Shown here: piece after piece, positions 38,549-47,799 of the stretch
Layout: every line of letters begins with the position of its first letter
Position numbering within the stretch: position 1 is the first letter of the stretch
Assembly: GCA_964579435.1 (NCBI GenBank)
Contig: CAZOGI010000010.1
Location: forward strand, 23,583 to 87,582
Source of the DNA: an uncultured Planctomycetales bacterium
GTDB lineage: Bacteria; Omnitrophota; Gorgyraeia; Gygaellales; Profunditerraquicolaceae
DNA length: 64,000 bases
Direction: 5' to 3'
Program-made: the position numbers and the translations under genes
Notes under the pieces: generated by a model
The model's input: only the letters and a program-made list of their open reading frames with translations
What the model was told of the DNA's origin: nothing
Database searches by the model: none

Positions 38549-40769
38549 AGGCCGGCGCATCCTCCCGCAACGGATCAACCGCTGCCCCCGCGAGGCTGCG
38601 CTCGATCATCCAGATCTTATCCTTCAACTGCTCCTTTATCAACGCCTCCTGCCGGGAATCCCCGAGCCGTTCCACCACCCGCCGGTAGACGGCAATACTC
38701 TCCTGCGCACGGCCAAGGCGCTCATAGCACACCCCCAGGTAATACTGTGACAGGGAAAATTCCGGGACAACGCAGACGATCCCTTCCAGATGGGGGAGCG
38801 CCTCGCTAAAAAGGGACTGGGACATAAGCGTCATGGCCAGGTTATACCGGGCCGGCAGCAGGGCCGGCATGATCTCCAAGCAGCGCTGATACAGCCGGAC
38901 CGCTTTTTGCGGATTTCCCGCGCTGCGGTAACAGACCGCCGCGTTTATCATCGCTTGCACCGCCTGCGGGTGCTCCTTAAGGACGGCCTCGAACGAGGCG
39001 ATCGCGTCAGAGTAGCGTTTCTGCTGCAGGAAAGAAAACCCCTGCGCATACGCCGGGCTGGCGCCTGCGTCATTGAGGAACGCAGCGATCTTCTTCTCTA
39101 CTCCCATCTTCAGGAAGGCCTCGCGGGCATCCCGGGGCGCCATCCCCTGTAACCGCAGCGCCGCCTCGAGCAACAGGTACAGCTCAAGCGCATCATGATG
39201 CAGGAGCAGCGTCTGCTTGATGACCGTTTCCGCCGCCGCAGCCTCGCCGCTGCGCAGCAGCGCCTCGGCGAGATTGCGCCCGGCCCACAGATGGTTCGGG
39301 CGCAAACGCAGAGCCTCCCGGTATTCGCCGATTGCCCGCGGCAAATCCCCCCGCGCGTGATAGAGGAGCCCGACCTGATTATGCGCATCCGCCAGCGGCA
39401 CCTGGTCGAAATTGGGCGCGTGCAGGCTCGTCGCCCTTACCATGACCAGCACCAGCGCGCCCCGCGCCAGGAGTTCCCTGCCGCGCTGCGCGCGCGCGGC
39501 ATTCACGGTTGCGGCCAAAAAATCAGCCGCCCAGAGAGCCAAAACCGGCACCAGGACTTCCCGGTACCGGTCGATTATGTGGCCCAGGATCAACACCAGC
39601 GACGTCACAAAAAAATAGAGGATCAGCGGACCGTGCCCTTCCAGACCGCGCCGGCGCAGGATCATCCACGCCAATCCGCTTAGACCAAAGACGGCCAGCG
39701 GCCAGAACCCGATCGAGCCGTAGCGCAGGAGGCGCGAGCGCAGCCGGAAATACGCCATCTGGTAATTATCGGAGAGCCCGGTCCGGTTTACCAGGAGTAT
39801 GGATTTGCGGCCGAGAAGCTGCCAGAAATGCGCCGGATCGGACCGGATCTCCTCGATCGTCTGTCGGGTCCAGAAACGGGAGACCTGCGACGGCTTCAGG
39901 GGACGGCCGCTGCGGCGCCGGGCCTCGCGCAGCGAATCGATCTCTTCGAACGCCGGGTCGATGCGCATGAAATCCGGCTCTTTGAGGCCGCCGTCGGCAC
40001 CCCGGAAATTACCGATGTAAAAGTTGATCCCGGCGCCGTAGGTCGTCAAAACCGCATCTTTACCGACAACCAAATTGCGCACGGCAAGGACGCCGATGAC
40101 CAGGCCGAAACCGAGCAGGAAAGAGAAAACGCGCTTGACGGCGGGTGCGCTGAGGCGGCCGGTAACGGCGATGAAAACGGCCAACGCCAGGGCAAAAACA
40201 AGCACGGTATCCTTTGCCAGGGCGGCAAACCCCAGGCACATCCCCGCGGCGAACCAGGCCGCAGGTTTCAAAGAACGCTGCGCCCGCATGACGCACCAGA
40301 GGCCGGCCGTGCACCAGAAGACTTCCAAAACCGATTTCAGGAGCAAGCTCTCGAAAAAGATCGCCGGTCCGTAGAAAACGCTGATCAGGGAAGCCAGGAG
40401 CGCCCTGCGGCGCGACATGAGCATGCACCCCATCGAATACACGAAAAGCGGGACGCAGGAACCGATCAGGAACTGGATAAGGCGAGCGGCGGTGATCGAA
40501 CCTCCGAGGGCGTACACCACCGCCAAAAAATACGCGTACAGCGGCGAGACAAAATAGATGCCGTTGCCCAGCCACCCTTTGGAGAGAAGCGAGCGCGCCC
40601 AGGCGTCATAATACTGGGAATCGAAAAGGAGGGAACCAAAAAGGATGTCGCCGCGCACCTCAAAAAAATAGGCCAGGCGCAGCACAAGGGCGGCGGCAAA
40701 GAGAGCTCCCCAGAGCCATCGGGGGGGAGGTTTGAGCGCCGCACCGGGAGTGGCGGGTGATCGCGACAT
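38541..40769 (-). CDS. GT-C-fold (ArnT/PMT, GT39/GT83-like) membrane glycosyltransferase fused to C-terminal TPR repeats
   Basis: N-terminal 450 aa polytopic, with an FDSQYYDAWARSLL motif. C-terminal 280 aa of TPR repeats. Confidence 0.65.
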   Translation of the reverse strand: MSRSPATPGAALKPPPRWLWGALFAAALVLRLAYFFEVRGDILFGSLLFDSQYYDAWARSLLSKGWLGNGIYFVSPLYAYFLAVVYALGGSITAARLIQFLIGSCVPLFVYSMGCMLMSRRRALLASLISVFYGPAIFFESLLLKSVLEVFWCTAGLWCVMRAQRSLKPAAWFAAGMCLGFAALAKDTVLVFALALAVFIAVTGRLSAPAVKRVFSFLLGFGLVIGVLAVRNLVVGKDAVLTTYGAGINFYIGNFRGADGGLKEPDFMRIDPAFEEIDSLREARRRSGRPLKPSQVSRFWTRQTIEEIRSDPAHFWQLLGRKSILLVNRTGLSDNYQMAYFRLRSRLLRYGSIGFWPLAVFGLSGLAWMILRRRGLEGHGPLILYFFVTSLVLILGHIIDRYREVLVPVLALWAADFLAATVNAARAQRGRELLARGALVLVMVRATSLHAPNFDQVPLADAHNQVGLLYHARGDLPRAIGEYREALRLRPNHLWAGRNLAEALLRSGEAAAAETVIKQTLLLHHDALELYLLLEAALRLQGMAPRDAREAFLKMGVEKKIAAFLNDAGASPAYAQGFSFLQQKRYSDAIASFEAVLKEHPQAVQAMINAAVCYRSAGNPQKAVRLYQRCLEIMPALLPARYNLAMTLMSQSLFSEALPHLEGIVCVVPEFSLSQYYLGVCYERLGRAQESIAVYRRVVERLGDSRQEALIKEQLKDKIWMIERSLAGAAVDPLREDAPAYE

Positions 40770-40773
40770 TGGG

Positions 40774-41757
40774 TTACCTCTCCTGGCGCGCCTGAAAAAG
40801 CGCCAGCGCTTTCAGGACGACGCAGGTGGTATGCAAATAGAACCCCTCATCGACGCGCCTGCCGTAGAGGGCGCGCAAGCGCTCGTAGTCCCCGAAGGAG
40901 CCGTTCGGATTCTGGCAGGAGAGAAGGAACTTTACTCCCTGAGGGATAATCGTTGCTGTGCGCATTTTGAGCAGTTCCATGCACAGTAAAAGCTCGGCCA
41001 CCAGGTCGGGATCCCGCTTTCCGATATATGCCGCAGCCAGATCGCTCAGGACCGAATCCAGGTATTGCGCATCGCTTTCGCTCAGCAGCTCCGACAGGGA
41101 GTCGTCACCGAAGCCGGCGAGCGCCAGGACCTCATGCGTCAGCGCGTACACCTCCAGCGTATCGAGGGCAGAAGCATCGGGACGCGCCTGGATAATGCCC
41201 GCGCGGTATGCCGCACGCAGGTCAAAGGGCGGCTCGATGCCGAAAAAACGGTAATAGACGGCGAAAGCCAGCTGCTGGTTAACGCCCCGGGAAGAAAGGT
41301 GCGCGTTCAGGCGGGGGAGGATGGCGCGGATCTCTTGGCGGTATGCGGTTGTCTCGAAGCCGGATTTCTCCAGGAGGTAACAAAAACGCAGGTACGAGGT
41401 CGCATCCTCGGCAAACTGCTCCGCCGGGATCGCTCCCATATCGTGAAACGAAGCCTCCTCGGTGATGCGGGCGATCTTGCGCAGGCGCAGCTCGAGGGAC
41501 GGCCGCAGCTGCGGCGGCAGACGGGGCGCGATCGCCGTATACGCTTCAAAAAGCTCGACGGTCTTTTTCTTCCCCTTGATCCCGAAACGGCGCAATTGCC
41601 CCGGGTTAAACTCGATCGTATCCAGCCAGGGCGCAGCCTTGATCATGCTGCGCAGCAGGAGTTCCCGGAGCAAAGGCTCCGAGGAAGCGCCGCAACCGGG
41701 CACCGCGACAGAGAGGCCGACAACCAAAGCAAGGGGGAGGAAGGTACGGTTCGTCAT
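40774..41757 (-). CDS. Hypothetical secreted protein/lipoprotein
   Basis: N-terminal signal peptide MTNRTFLPLALVVGLSVAVPGCG. First gene of the minus-strand operon. Confidence 0.4.
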   Translation of the reverse strand: MTNRTFLPLALVVGLSVAVPGCGASSEPLLRELLLRSMIKAAPWLDTIEFNPGQLRRFGIKGKKKTVELFEAYTAIAPRLPPQLRPSLELRLRKIARITEEASFHDMGAIPAEQFAEDATSYLRFCYLLEKSGFETTAYRQEIRAILPRLNAHLSSRGVNQQLAFAVYYRFFGIEPPFDLRAAYRAGIIQARPDASALDTLEVYALTHEVLALAGFGDDSLSELLSESDAQYLDSVLSDLAAAYIGKRDPDLVAELLLCMELLKMRTATIIPQGVKFLLSCQNPNGSFGDYERLRALYGRRVDEGFYLHTTCVVLKALALFQARQER

Positions 41758-41868
41758 AGCGACTTGAGGAAATATTATAACATGAAAGGTCGCAGGGACA
41801 CAATGACCCTTGATACCAGCCTAAAATCCCATTGAGTTAACCGGCGGCGGTTGATAGAATAAGGGCAG
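41758..41868. promoter_or_regulatory. Divergent intergenic promoter region
   Basis: 111-bp AT-enriched spacer between the divergently transcribed operons (minus 40774-41757 and plus 41869 onward). Contains TATAAC-like and TTGATA elements. Confidence 0.4.
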
Positions 41869-43308
41869 ATGAATATATTACTCCTGAACCCCTCCTTCGG
41901 CCCCGACTTCTGCAAATCCGCCCGCTGGTTCGCCCGCTCGCGCGGCAGGGTGCAGCGCCATCCCGATTTCCTCTGCGAGGCAACGGCGCTTCTGGAAGCG
42001 CACGGACACGACTGCGCGCTTATCGACGCGGCTGCCGGGAACCTCGGCGCCGAAGAGACCGCCCAACACATACGCCGCATCCGGCCGCAGTTGACGCTCA
42101 TCCAGGCAACGACCCCGAGCATCGATTCCGACATCTCCTGGGCCCGGCAGGCAAAAGAGCTGACCGGCGGCAGGTCCCGCACCGTTCTGGTCGGAGCGCA
42201 CGTGACCGCCGAACCCGAAGACACCTTGCGGCGGGGCAGGGGCGCGGTTGATGCCGTTGCCCGGGGAGAGTACGACCTGACGCTCAAGGAACTGGCAGAT
42301 GGATCTGACTTCGGCTCGATCCTTGGCCTTGCGTACCTGAGCGCCGACACGTTCGTCGCCACCGCGCCGCGCCCGTTCATCGAAGACCTGGACACGCTGC
42401 CCTTTCCGGCGTGGAGACACATCGACCCGCGCACCTACCGCGACGGGACCAAACGCCACCCCTTTATCACGCTGCTGGGCTCCCGGGGGTGCTTGGGGAC
42501 ATGCACCTTCTGCCTTTTGCCGCAAACGATGTACGGCCGCCGCGCCCGGACCAAGAGCCCGCAGCGCATTATCGATGAGATCCGCTACGATCTTGGCCTC
42601 TTCCCGTTCCTGAAGGAGATCATGTTCGAGGACGACACCTTTGTCAGCGCCGCTAACGCGGGGCGCCTCGAAAGCATATGCCGCCTCCTGGAAAAAGAAC
42701 GCATCCGCATACCCTGGAGCGCAAACGCGCGCGCCGACCTGCTCGACCGCGCGCTCCTGGAGCGCCTTAAAAAATGCGGTTGCAGGATGCTCTGCGTCGG
42801 TTACGAATTCGGCGCCCAGGAGATGCTGGATGCGGCCGGCAAGAATATTCCGCTTTCGACGATGCGCGAATTTTCCGCGTGGGCTGCCGAAGCCGGTATC
42901 CGCCTGCACGGCTGTTTCATGTTCGGCGGACCGGGGGAGAACGAGCGGACCTGCAGACAGACCCTGGAGTTCGCCAAAGAGCTTCCCCTGGAAACGGCCC
43001 AGTTCTCGGGGATCGCCGCGTACCCGGGCACCGCGTATTACCGGTGGTCGAAAGAGAAGGGATATCTGTGCGCCCGCGACTGGAGCGACTGGGTCCGCGC
43101 AGACGGCGAGCAGGCGACGGTGCTGCAGTTCCCCGGACTCCCCAAAGAAGAAATAAACCGCTGGATCAACAGGAGCCTGCGCGAATTTTACCTGCGTCCG
43201 GCGCAGCTCGCCCGGCTCGCGGGGGCGAGCCTGCGCAGCTGGAACGATTTCGAAACAAGGCTCTACGGTCTGCGTCAATTACTCGCGGGCGAGGCGCTCA
43301 AACGATGA
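41869..43308 (+). CDS. B12-binding domain radical SAM protein (class B rSAM) 1
   Basis: N-terminal cobalamin-binding Rossmann-like domain. CxxxCxxC (GCLGTCTFC). 479 aa. Confidence 0.8.
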   Translation: MNILLLNPSFGPDFCKSARWFARSRGRVQRHPDFLCEATALLEAHGHDCALIDAAAGNLGAEETAQHIRRIRPQLTLIQATTPSIDSDISWARQAKELTGGRSRTVLVGAHVTAEPEDTLRRGRGAVDAVARGEYDLTLKELADGSDFGSILGLAYLSADTFVATAPRPFIEDLDTLPFPAWRHIDPRTYRDGTKRHPFITLLGSRGCLGTCTFCLLPQTMYGRRARTKSPQRIIDEIRYDLGLFPFLKEIMFEDDTFVSAANAGRLESICRLLEKERIRIPWSANARADLLDRALLERLKKCGCRMLCVGYEFGAQEMLDAAGKNIPLSTMREFSAWAAEAGIRLHGCFMFGGPGENERTCRQTLEFAKELPLETAQFSGIAAYPGTAYYRWSKEKGYLCARDWSDWVRADGEQATVLQFPGLPKEEINRWINRSLREFYLRPAQLARLAGASLRSWNDFETRLYGLRQLLAGEALKR

Positions 43309-44705
43309 ACGTGCTCTTTATCGAACCTCCTGCCTTCGGCCCGTTCGGGACCCTGCGGATCCTGGGCAGCATCGGCTCGCTCAAGGCCGACATCCGCTGG
43401 CCGCCGTACGACCTGATGATCCTGGCGGGGATGGCGCGCGCGCAAAAACATCGCGCGCAGATCATCGATGCCCAAACCCGGGGCATGGACCTGCGCGCCG
43501 TGAAAGCCGCGATCGCCTCGCGCAATCCCGATTTTGTCGTTTTCACGACGACGCCGTTGACGCTGAGAGAGGATGCCCGCGTCGCAGAAGCCGCAAAAGC
43601 GGCTTCTGCCGCCATTCGCACCGTTGCCGTCGGACTCTCCATGCGCGCCTATCCGCTCAACCCCCTGCAGGAGACCCCGGCGCTGGACTATGCGGCGTAT
43701 GCCGATCCCGAGCCGATCCTCTCACAACTCCTGGAAGGGTGCCCCCCCGAAACAATCCCCGGGATATACCGCAGAGGCGCCGATCTTGCCGTCAAGAACC
43801 CGCCTGCGCAGCCGGCCCCGGATCTTGACCGCTTCGGTATACCCGCCCAGGACCTCATCGAGCATGCGCGATACCGCGATCCGCTCATGCGCGCGCGGCC
43901 GATGACCATCGTCAACTGTTCCCGCGGCTGTGCGGGATCCTGCGCCCACTGCCTCTCCGTTTTCCAGAAACCCCTGCGCTACCGAAGCGTCGCTTCGGTG
44001 ATGGAGGAGCTGCGGCTGTGTTGGCGGCTGGGCGTGCGCGAGATAAAATTTTTCGATTGCGGATTGACCAACGACCCTGACTGGACACGAAGGCTCTGCG
44101 AGGAGATGCTGCGCGGGGGGCTGTGCTTCTCCTGGAACGCAAACAGCCGTTGCGACCGTCTCAGCCTGCCGCTTTTGAAGCTGATGAAAAGAGCGGGGTG
44201 CCATACGGTGGCGATCGGCTCGGAGAGCGCAAGCAATACGGTACTGCGGGAGATGAACAAAGGGGTCACCCGCGATGGCATTGCCAAAGCCGTCGCAGAA
44301 GCCCGGAAGGCAGGCCTACGCATCATGCTCTATTTCACCCTGGGGCTCAAAGGGGAAACCGAAGAGACCGTCAAAGAGACCATCTCCTTCGCAAAAAGAA
44401 TGAACCCGGACTTCGCCACCTTCGGCCTGGCCGTGCCCATCCCGCAGACTCCCTTTTACGATTATCTCGTATCACAGGGGCTGCTCAAGAACGCCGGGAA
44501 CGCCTCCGGCGACCCGGACAACATACCCGCGTTTTCCTATCCGGGTTTAAGCGCTGCGCGGCTCTTTGCGCTCTCCCGAGAAGCATACCGTTCGTTTTAT
44601 CTGCGCCCGTCCTACATCCTGAAGAAACTCCTGGGGGCAACGCCCCGGGGGCTGATCAACGACGCGCGCAACGCCGTATACCTGGCGAAACGGATACTGC
44701 AATGA
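43305..44705 (+). CDS. B12-binding domain radical SAM protein (class B rSAM) 2
   Basis: MNVLFIEPP N-terminus. CSRGCAGSCAHC motif. ATGA overlap with gene 1. Confidence 0.8.
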   Translation: MNVLFIEPPAFGPFGTLRILGSIGSLKADIRWPPYDLMILAGMARAQKHRAQIIDAQTRGMDLRAVKAAIASRNPDFVVFTTTPLTLREDARVAEAAKAASAAIRTVAVGLSMRAYPLNPLQETPALDYAAYADPEPILSQLLEGCPPETIPGIYRRGADLAVKNPPAQPAPDLDRFGIPAQDLIEHARYRDPLMRARPMTIVNCSRGCAGSCAHCLSVFQKPLRYRSVASVMEELRLCWRLGVREIKFFDCGLTNDPDWTRRLCEEMLRGGLCFSWNANSRCDRLSLPLLKLMKRAGCHTVAIGSESASNTVLREMNKGVTRDGIAKAVAEARKAGLRIMLYFTLGLKGETEETVKETISFAKRMNPDFATFGLAVPIPQTPFYDYLVSQGLLKNAGNASGDPDNIPAFSYPGLSAARLFALSREAYRSFYLRPSYILKKLLGATPRGLINDARNAVYLAKRILQ

Positions 44706-46093
44706 CCGGACAAACAATCCTCCTGGTCAATCCCGGTCACCGCGAATGGGCGCGTGTGCTGCCGCTGGGCATCGCCTACGTTGCCGCTGCCGCCCGGAAA
44801 GCGGGATTCCCGGTGCGCACGATCGACGCAACCGCCGAACGACTTTCACCGCAGGCGCTGGCCCTGCGATTGAAAAAACTCAAACCTGCGGTCCTGGGGA
44901 TCACCGCGACCACGGTGCAGATCGCCTCTGCCTGGGAGATCGCCCGCCTGGCAAAAGAGCATGATCCCGGCTGCGTCACGGTGCTGGGAGGAGTCCACCC
45001 CAGCGCGCTGCCCGAGGAGAGCCTGGGACAGCCGTCTGTTGATTTCGTCTGCAGGGGAGAGGGAGAAGCAACTTTCGTTTCTTTACTCAGCGCCCTTTCC
45101 TCCCGCACTCACCCAGGGTCGGTCCAGGGGATATCCTTCCGCTCAAACGGCTCTGTCGTGCACACGCCGGACCGCCGGCTCGTTCCCGATCCGGACCTCT
45201 TCGCGTTTCCGGCGCGGGAGCTCTTTGACTTCCCCCGCCGGTACCAAAGCCCCCTTGCCCTGCGAAGAAGATGCGCGACGATCCTGACCAGCAGGGGCTG
45301 CCCGGGCACCTGCACCTTCTGCAACAAAAATATCTCCGGAAGCGTCTTTAGGCCGCGCAGCCCCGCCTCGGTCATCGAAGAGATGGAATCGCTCATCCGC
45401 ACCTTCGGCATCCAGGAATTCCATATTGCCGACGACTGTTTCAGCTGGGACATGCAGCGGGTCATGGACCTCTGCGCGCTGATGCGCAAACGCATCCCCG
45501 CCATCCGCTGGGCCTGCACCAACGGCATCCGCGTCGACCGCTCGACCAAACCGTTCTTTCGCGAAATGAAAGCCGCCGGCTGTTACCGCGTCTCCTTCGG
45601 CGTCGAATCGGGAGACGAGGCGCTGCTGAAGCGCATCGGCAAGAATATAGACCAGGAATCGATACGCAGGGCCGTCTCGCTTGCCCAAAGCGCAGGACTC
45701 GTCACCATCTGCTTTTTTATGCTCGGCAATCACGGCGAGACTGCCGCTCACGCTCAAAAAACCATCGAATTCGCCCGCTCTCTGCGCACCGATTACGCCC
45801 AGTTCACGCTGGCCATGCCCTATCCGGGAACCGCATTTTTCAGGCAGCTGGAGAAAGAAGGCCGGATCCGCAGCCGCGATTGGAGGAGGTATTCGGTGTA
45901 CGGGCCGGACATTCCCTACGAGCCGGCCGGGATGAGCGCAGAGGAATTGCTGGGCTTCTACAGACAGGCGTACCGCGCCTTTTATCTGCGGCCACGGCAG
46001 ATCGCCTTTCTCCTTTCCCGGCGGCTGCGCCTCGGCGCCGGCATCGGCAGCTTCGTACGCTCATCAGCGGAGGTCTTGCGCCGTGCCCGATAA
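44702..46093 (+). CDS. B12-binding domain radical SAM protein (class B rSAM) 3
   Basis: MTGQTILLVNPG N-terminus. TSRGCPGTCTFC motif. ATGA overlap with gene 2. Confidence 0.8.
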   Translation: MTGQTILLVNPGHREWARVLPLGIAYVAAAARKAGFPVRTIDATAERLSPQALALRLKKLKPAVLGITATTVQIASAWEIARLAKEHDPGCVTVLGGVHPSALPEESLGQPSVDFVCRGEGEATFVSLLSALSSRTHPGSVQGISFRSNGSVVHTPDRRLVPDPDLFAFPARELFDFPRRYQSPLALRRRCATILTSRGCPGTCTFCNKNISGSVFRPRSPASVIEEMESLIRTFGIQEFHIADDCFSWDMQRVMDLCALMRKRIPAIRWACTNGIRVDRSTKPFFREMKAAGCYRVSFGVESGDEALLKRIGKNIDQESIRRAVSLAQSAGLVTICFFMLGNHGETAAHAQKTIEFARSLRTDYAQFTLAMPYPGTAFFRQLEKEGRIRSRDWRRYSVYGPDIPYEPAGMSAEELLGFYRQAYRAFYLRPRQIAFLLSRRLRLGAGIGSFVRSSAEVLRRAR

Positions 46094-47084
46094 GAGCGCC
46101 ATGCCGGACATAGCCATCATCATTCCCGCCCGCAACTGCGCCGGCACCATACCGCTTGCGCTACAGGCGTGCCTCAAGCAGGATTACGCCGGCAGATACG
46201 AAATAATCGTCGTGGATGACGGCTCAACCGATGATACCGCAGCGGCCGTCAAAAATTTCCCCGTGCGTCTCATCGAACAAAAACACGCCGGCCCTGCCTG
46301 CGCGCGCAACCGGGGGACAAAAGCTTCAGAGGCGCAGCGCTACGCTTTCATCGATGCGGACTGCGTGCCGCCGTGCGATTGGCTGCGGCGCCTCAACGCT
46401 GCCTTCACGGCAACGGGGTACGCCTGCGCCTACGGCAGCTACACGATCCGCAACAAAAACTCCCTCCTGGCGGAAGGGATCTACCGGGAAATACTCCTGC
46501 GCCACAGCCGCCTCAAACAGGACTCTGCCGCACTCGGCTCCTACAACGCAATCTTCGACGCGACAGTCTTTCACGAATGCGGCGGCTTCGACGAATCATT
46601 CCGGGACGCAAGCGCCGAGGACACGGAGCTGGCGTACCGCCTTCGCCGCAACGGCAAACGCATACTTTTTCTGCCGGAGTGCACAGTGGCGCATCTTTTC
46701 CCCGAGCAGCTGGATTTCTATCTGGCTTCCCAATTCCGCCACGGTTTCTGGAGAGCGCGTCTCTACAGGCTGCATCCGGCAATGGCGGCAGGGGACGGAT
46801 ACACGCGGCTCAAGGACATCATCGAGACGCCCGCGGCGCTCCTGCTGAGCCTCTGCGCCGCGTTCTTTTTTCATCACGCCTGCCGCGTTGCCGCACTCCT
46901 GCTCTTTGCGGGACTGCTGCTTGCGCATGGCGCCTCCGCGGCGCAGCTCTCCCTGCAGGCGAAAAAGCCGGCGCTCCTCCTGTATGCCGGCGCGCTGCTC
47001 CTGCGCAGTTTTGCGCGGGCATACGGATTCTTTTTCGGGCTTCTGGCACTTCCCGGCAAAAACCGATGCGCTGCTCGATCGTAA
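46083..47084 (+). CDS. Glycosyltransferase family 2
   Basis: IAIIIPARNCAGTIPLALQACL...IIVVDDGSTDDT. DAD motif. Confidence 0.75.
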   Translation: MPDKSAMPDIAIIIPARNCAGTIPLALQACLKQDYAGRYEIIVVDDGSTDDTAAAVKNFPVRLIEQKHAGPACARNRGTKASEAQRYAFIDADCVPPCDWLRRLNAAFTATGYACAYGSYTIRNKNSLLAEGIYREILLRHSRLKQDSAALGSYNAIFDATVFHECGGFDESFRDASAEDTELAYRLRRNGKRILFLPECTVAHLFPEQLDFYLASQFRHGFWRARLYRLHPAMAAGDGYTRLKDIIETPAALLLSLCAAFFFHHACRVAALLLFAGLLLAHGASAAQLSLQAKKPALLLYAGALLLRSFARAYGFFFGLLALPGKNRCAARS

Positions 47085-47752
47085 TCCCCGCCCACAACGA
47101 AGAGGGCACGATCCGGACGCTCCTGGAAAGAACCCGGGAGTTTCTCGGCGGAACCGGGGAATGCGAGATCATTGTGGTCGATGACGGCTCAAGCGATAAA
47201 ACCGCAGAGCGGGTGCAGAAACTGGCGGCATCGATCCCGACGATACGGCTCCTGCGTCTTTCTCCCCGCAGAGGGCAGGGGATGGCGCTTGCCGCCGGGA
47301 TTGCTGCCGCACAGACCGGCATCATCGTCACGATGGATGCCGACCTGCAGAACGACCCGGCCGATATCCCGGCCCTGCTTGAGCGTCTCGAAAACGGCTT
47401 TGACGTTGTCTGCGGCTGGCGCAAAAACAGGAAAGACCCGTTCGTAAAACGAATAAAATCCCGGGTCGCCAACCTCTTGCAACGCCTTTTGCTCGGCGTT
47501 AAACTGCATGATATGAGCTGCACCCTGCGCGCCTACCGGCGGGAGGCGCTCGAAGGGATCGAATTCGGGCGGGGGTATGATTTTTCGCTCCTGCCGTACC
47601 TGATCGCGCGCCGCAAAGCCATGCGCATCTGCGAGGTCCCGGTCAGCCACGAGCGCCGGCACAGCGGCACCTCCAAATACGGGTTTTGGGGGACCTGCGC
47701 CGGGACATTCGTCAGTTTTGTGCGCTGCGTTGCAGCGCGACCGCATAAATGA
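47066..47752 (+). CDS. Glycosyltransferase family 2 (DPM1/ArnC-like polyprenyl-phosphate sugar synthase)
   Basis: CSIVIPAHNEEGTI...IIVVDDGSSDKT...MDADLQNDP. 228 aa. Confidence 0.75.
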   Translation: MRCSIVIPAHNEEGTIRTLLERTREFLGGTGECEIIVVDDGSSDKTAERVQKLAASIPTIRLLRLSPRRGQGMALAAGIAAAQTGIIVTMDADLQNDPADIPALLERLENGFDVVCGWRKNRKDPFVKRIKSRVANLLQRLLLGVKLHDMSCTLRAYRREALEGIEFGRGYDFSLLPYLIARRKAMRICEVPVSHERRHSGTSKYGFWGTCAGTFVSFVRCVAARPHK

Positions 47753-47799
47753 GGCGTGACCATCTAGAAACAAGAGACCTGGGTCAGGAAACATGCACA

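Noticed and set aside
41878-43278. 466-aa minus-strand ORF opposite the first B12-rSAM gene
   Set aside because: It has no motifs and is almost perfectly antiparallel to a gene with a CxxxCxxC radical SAM core. Open frames in all six phases are expected at this GC content.
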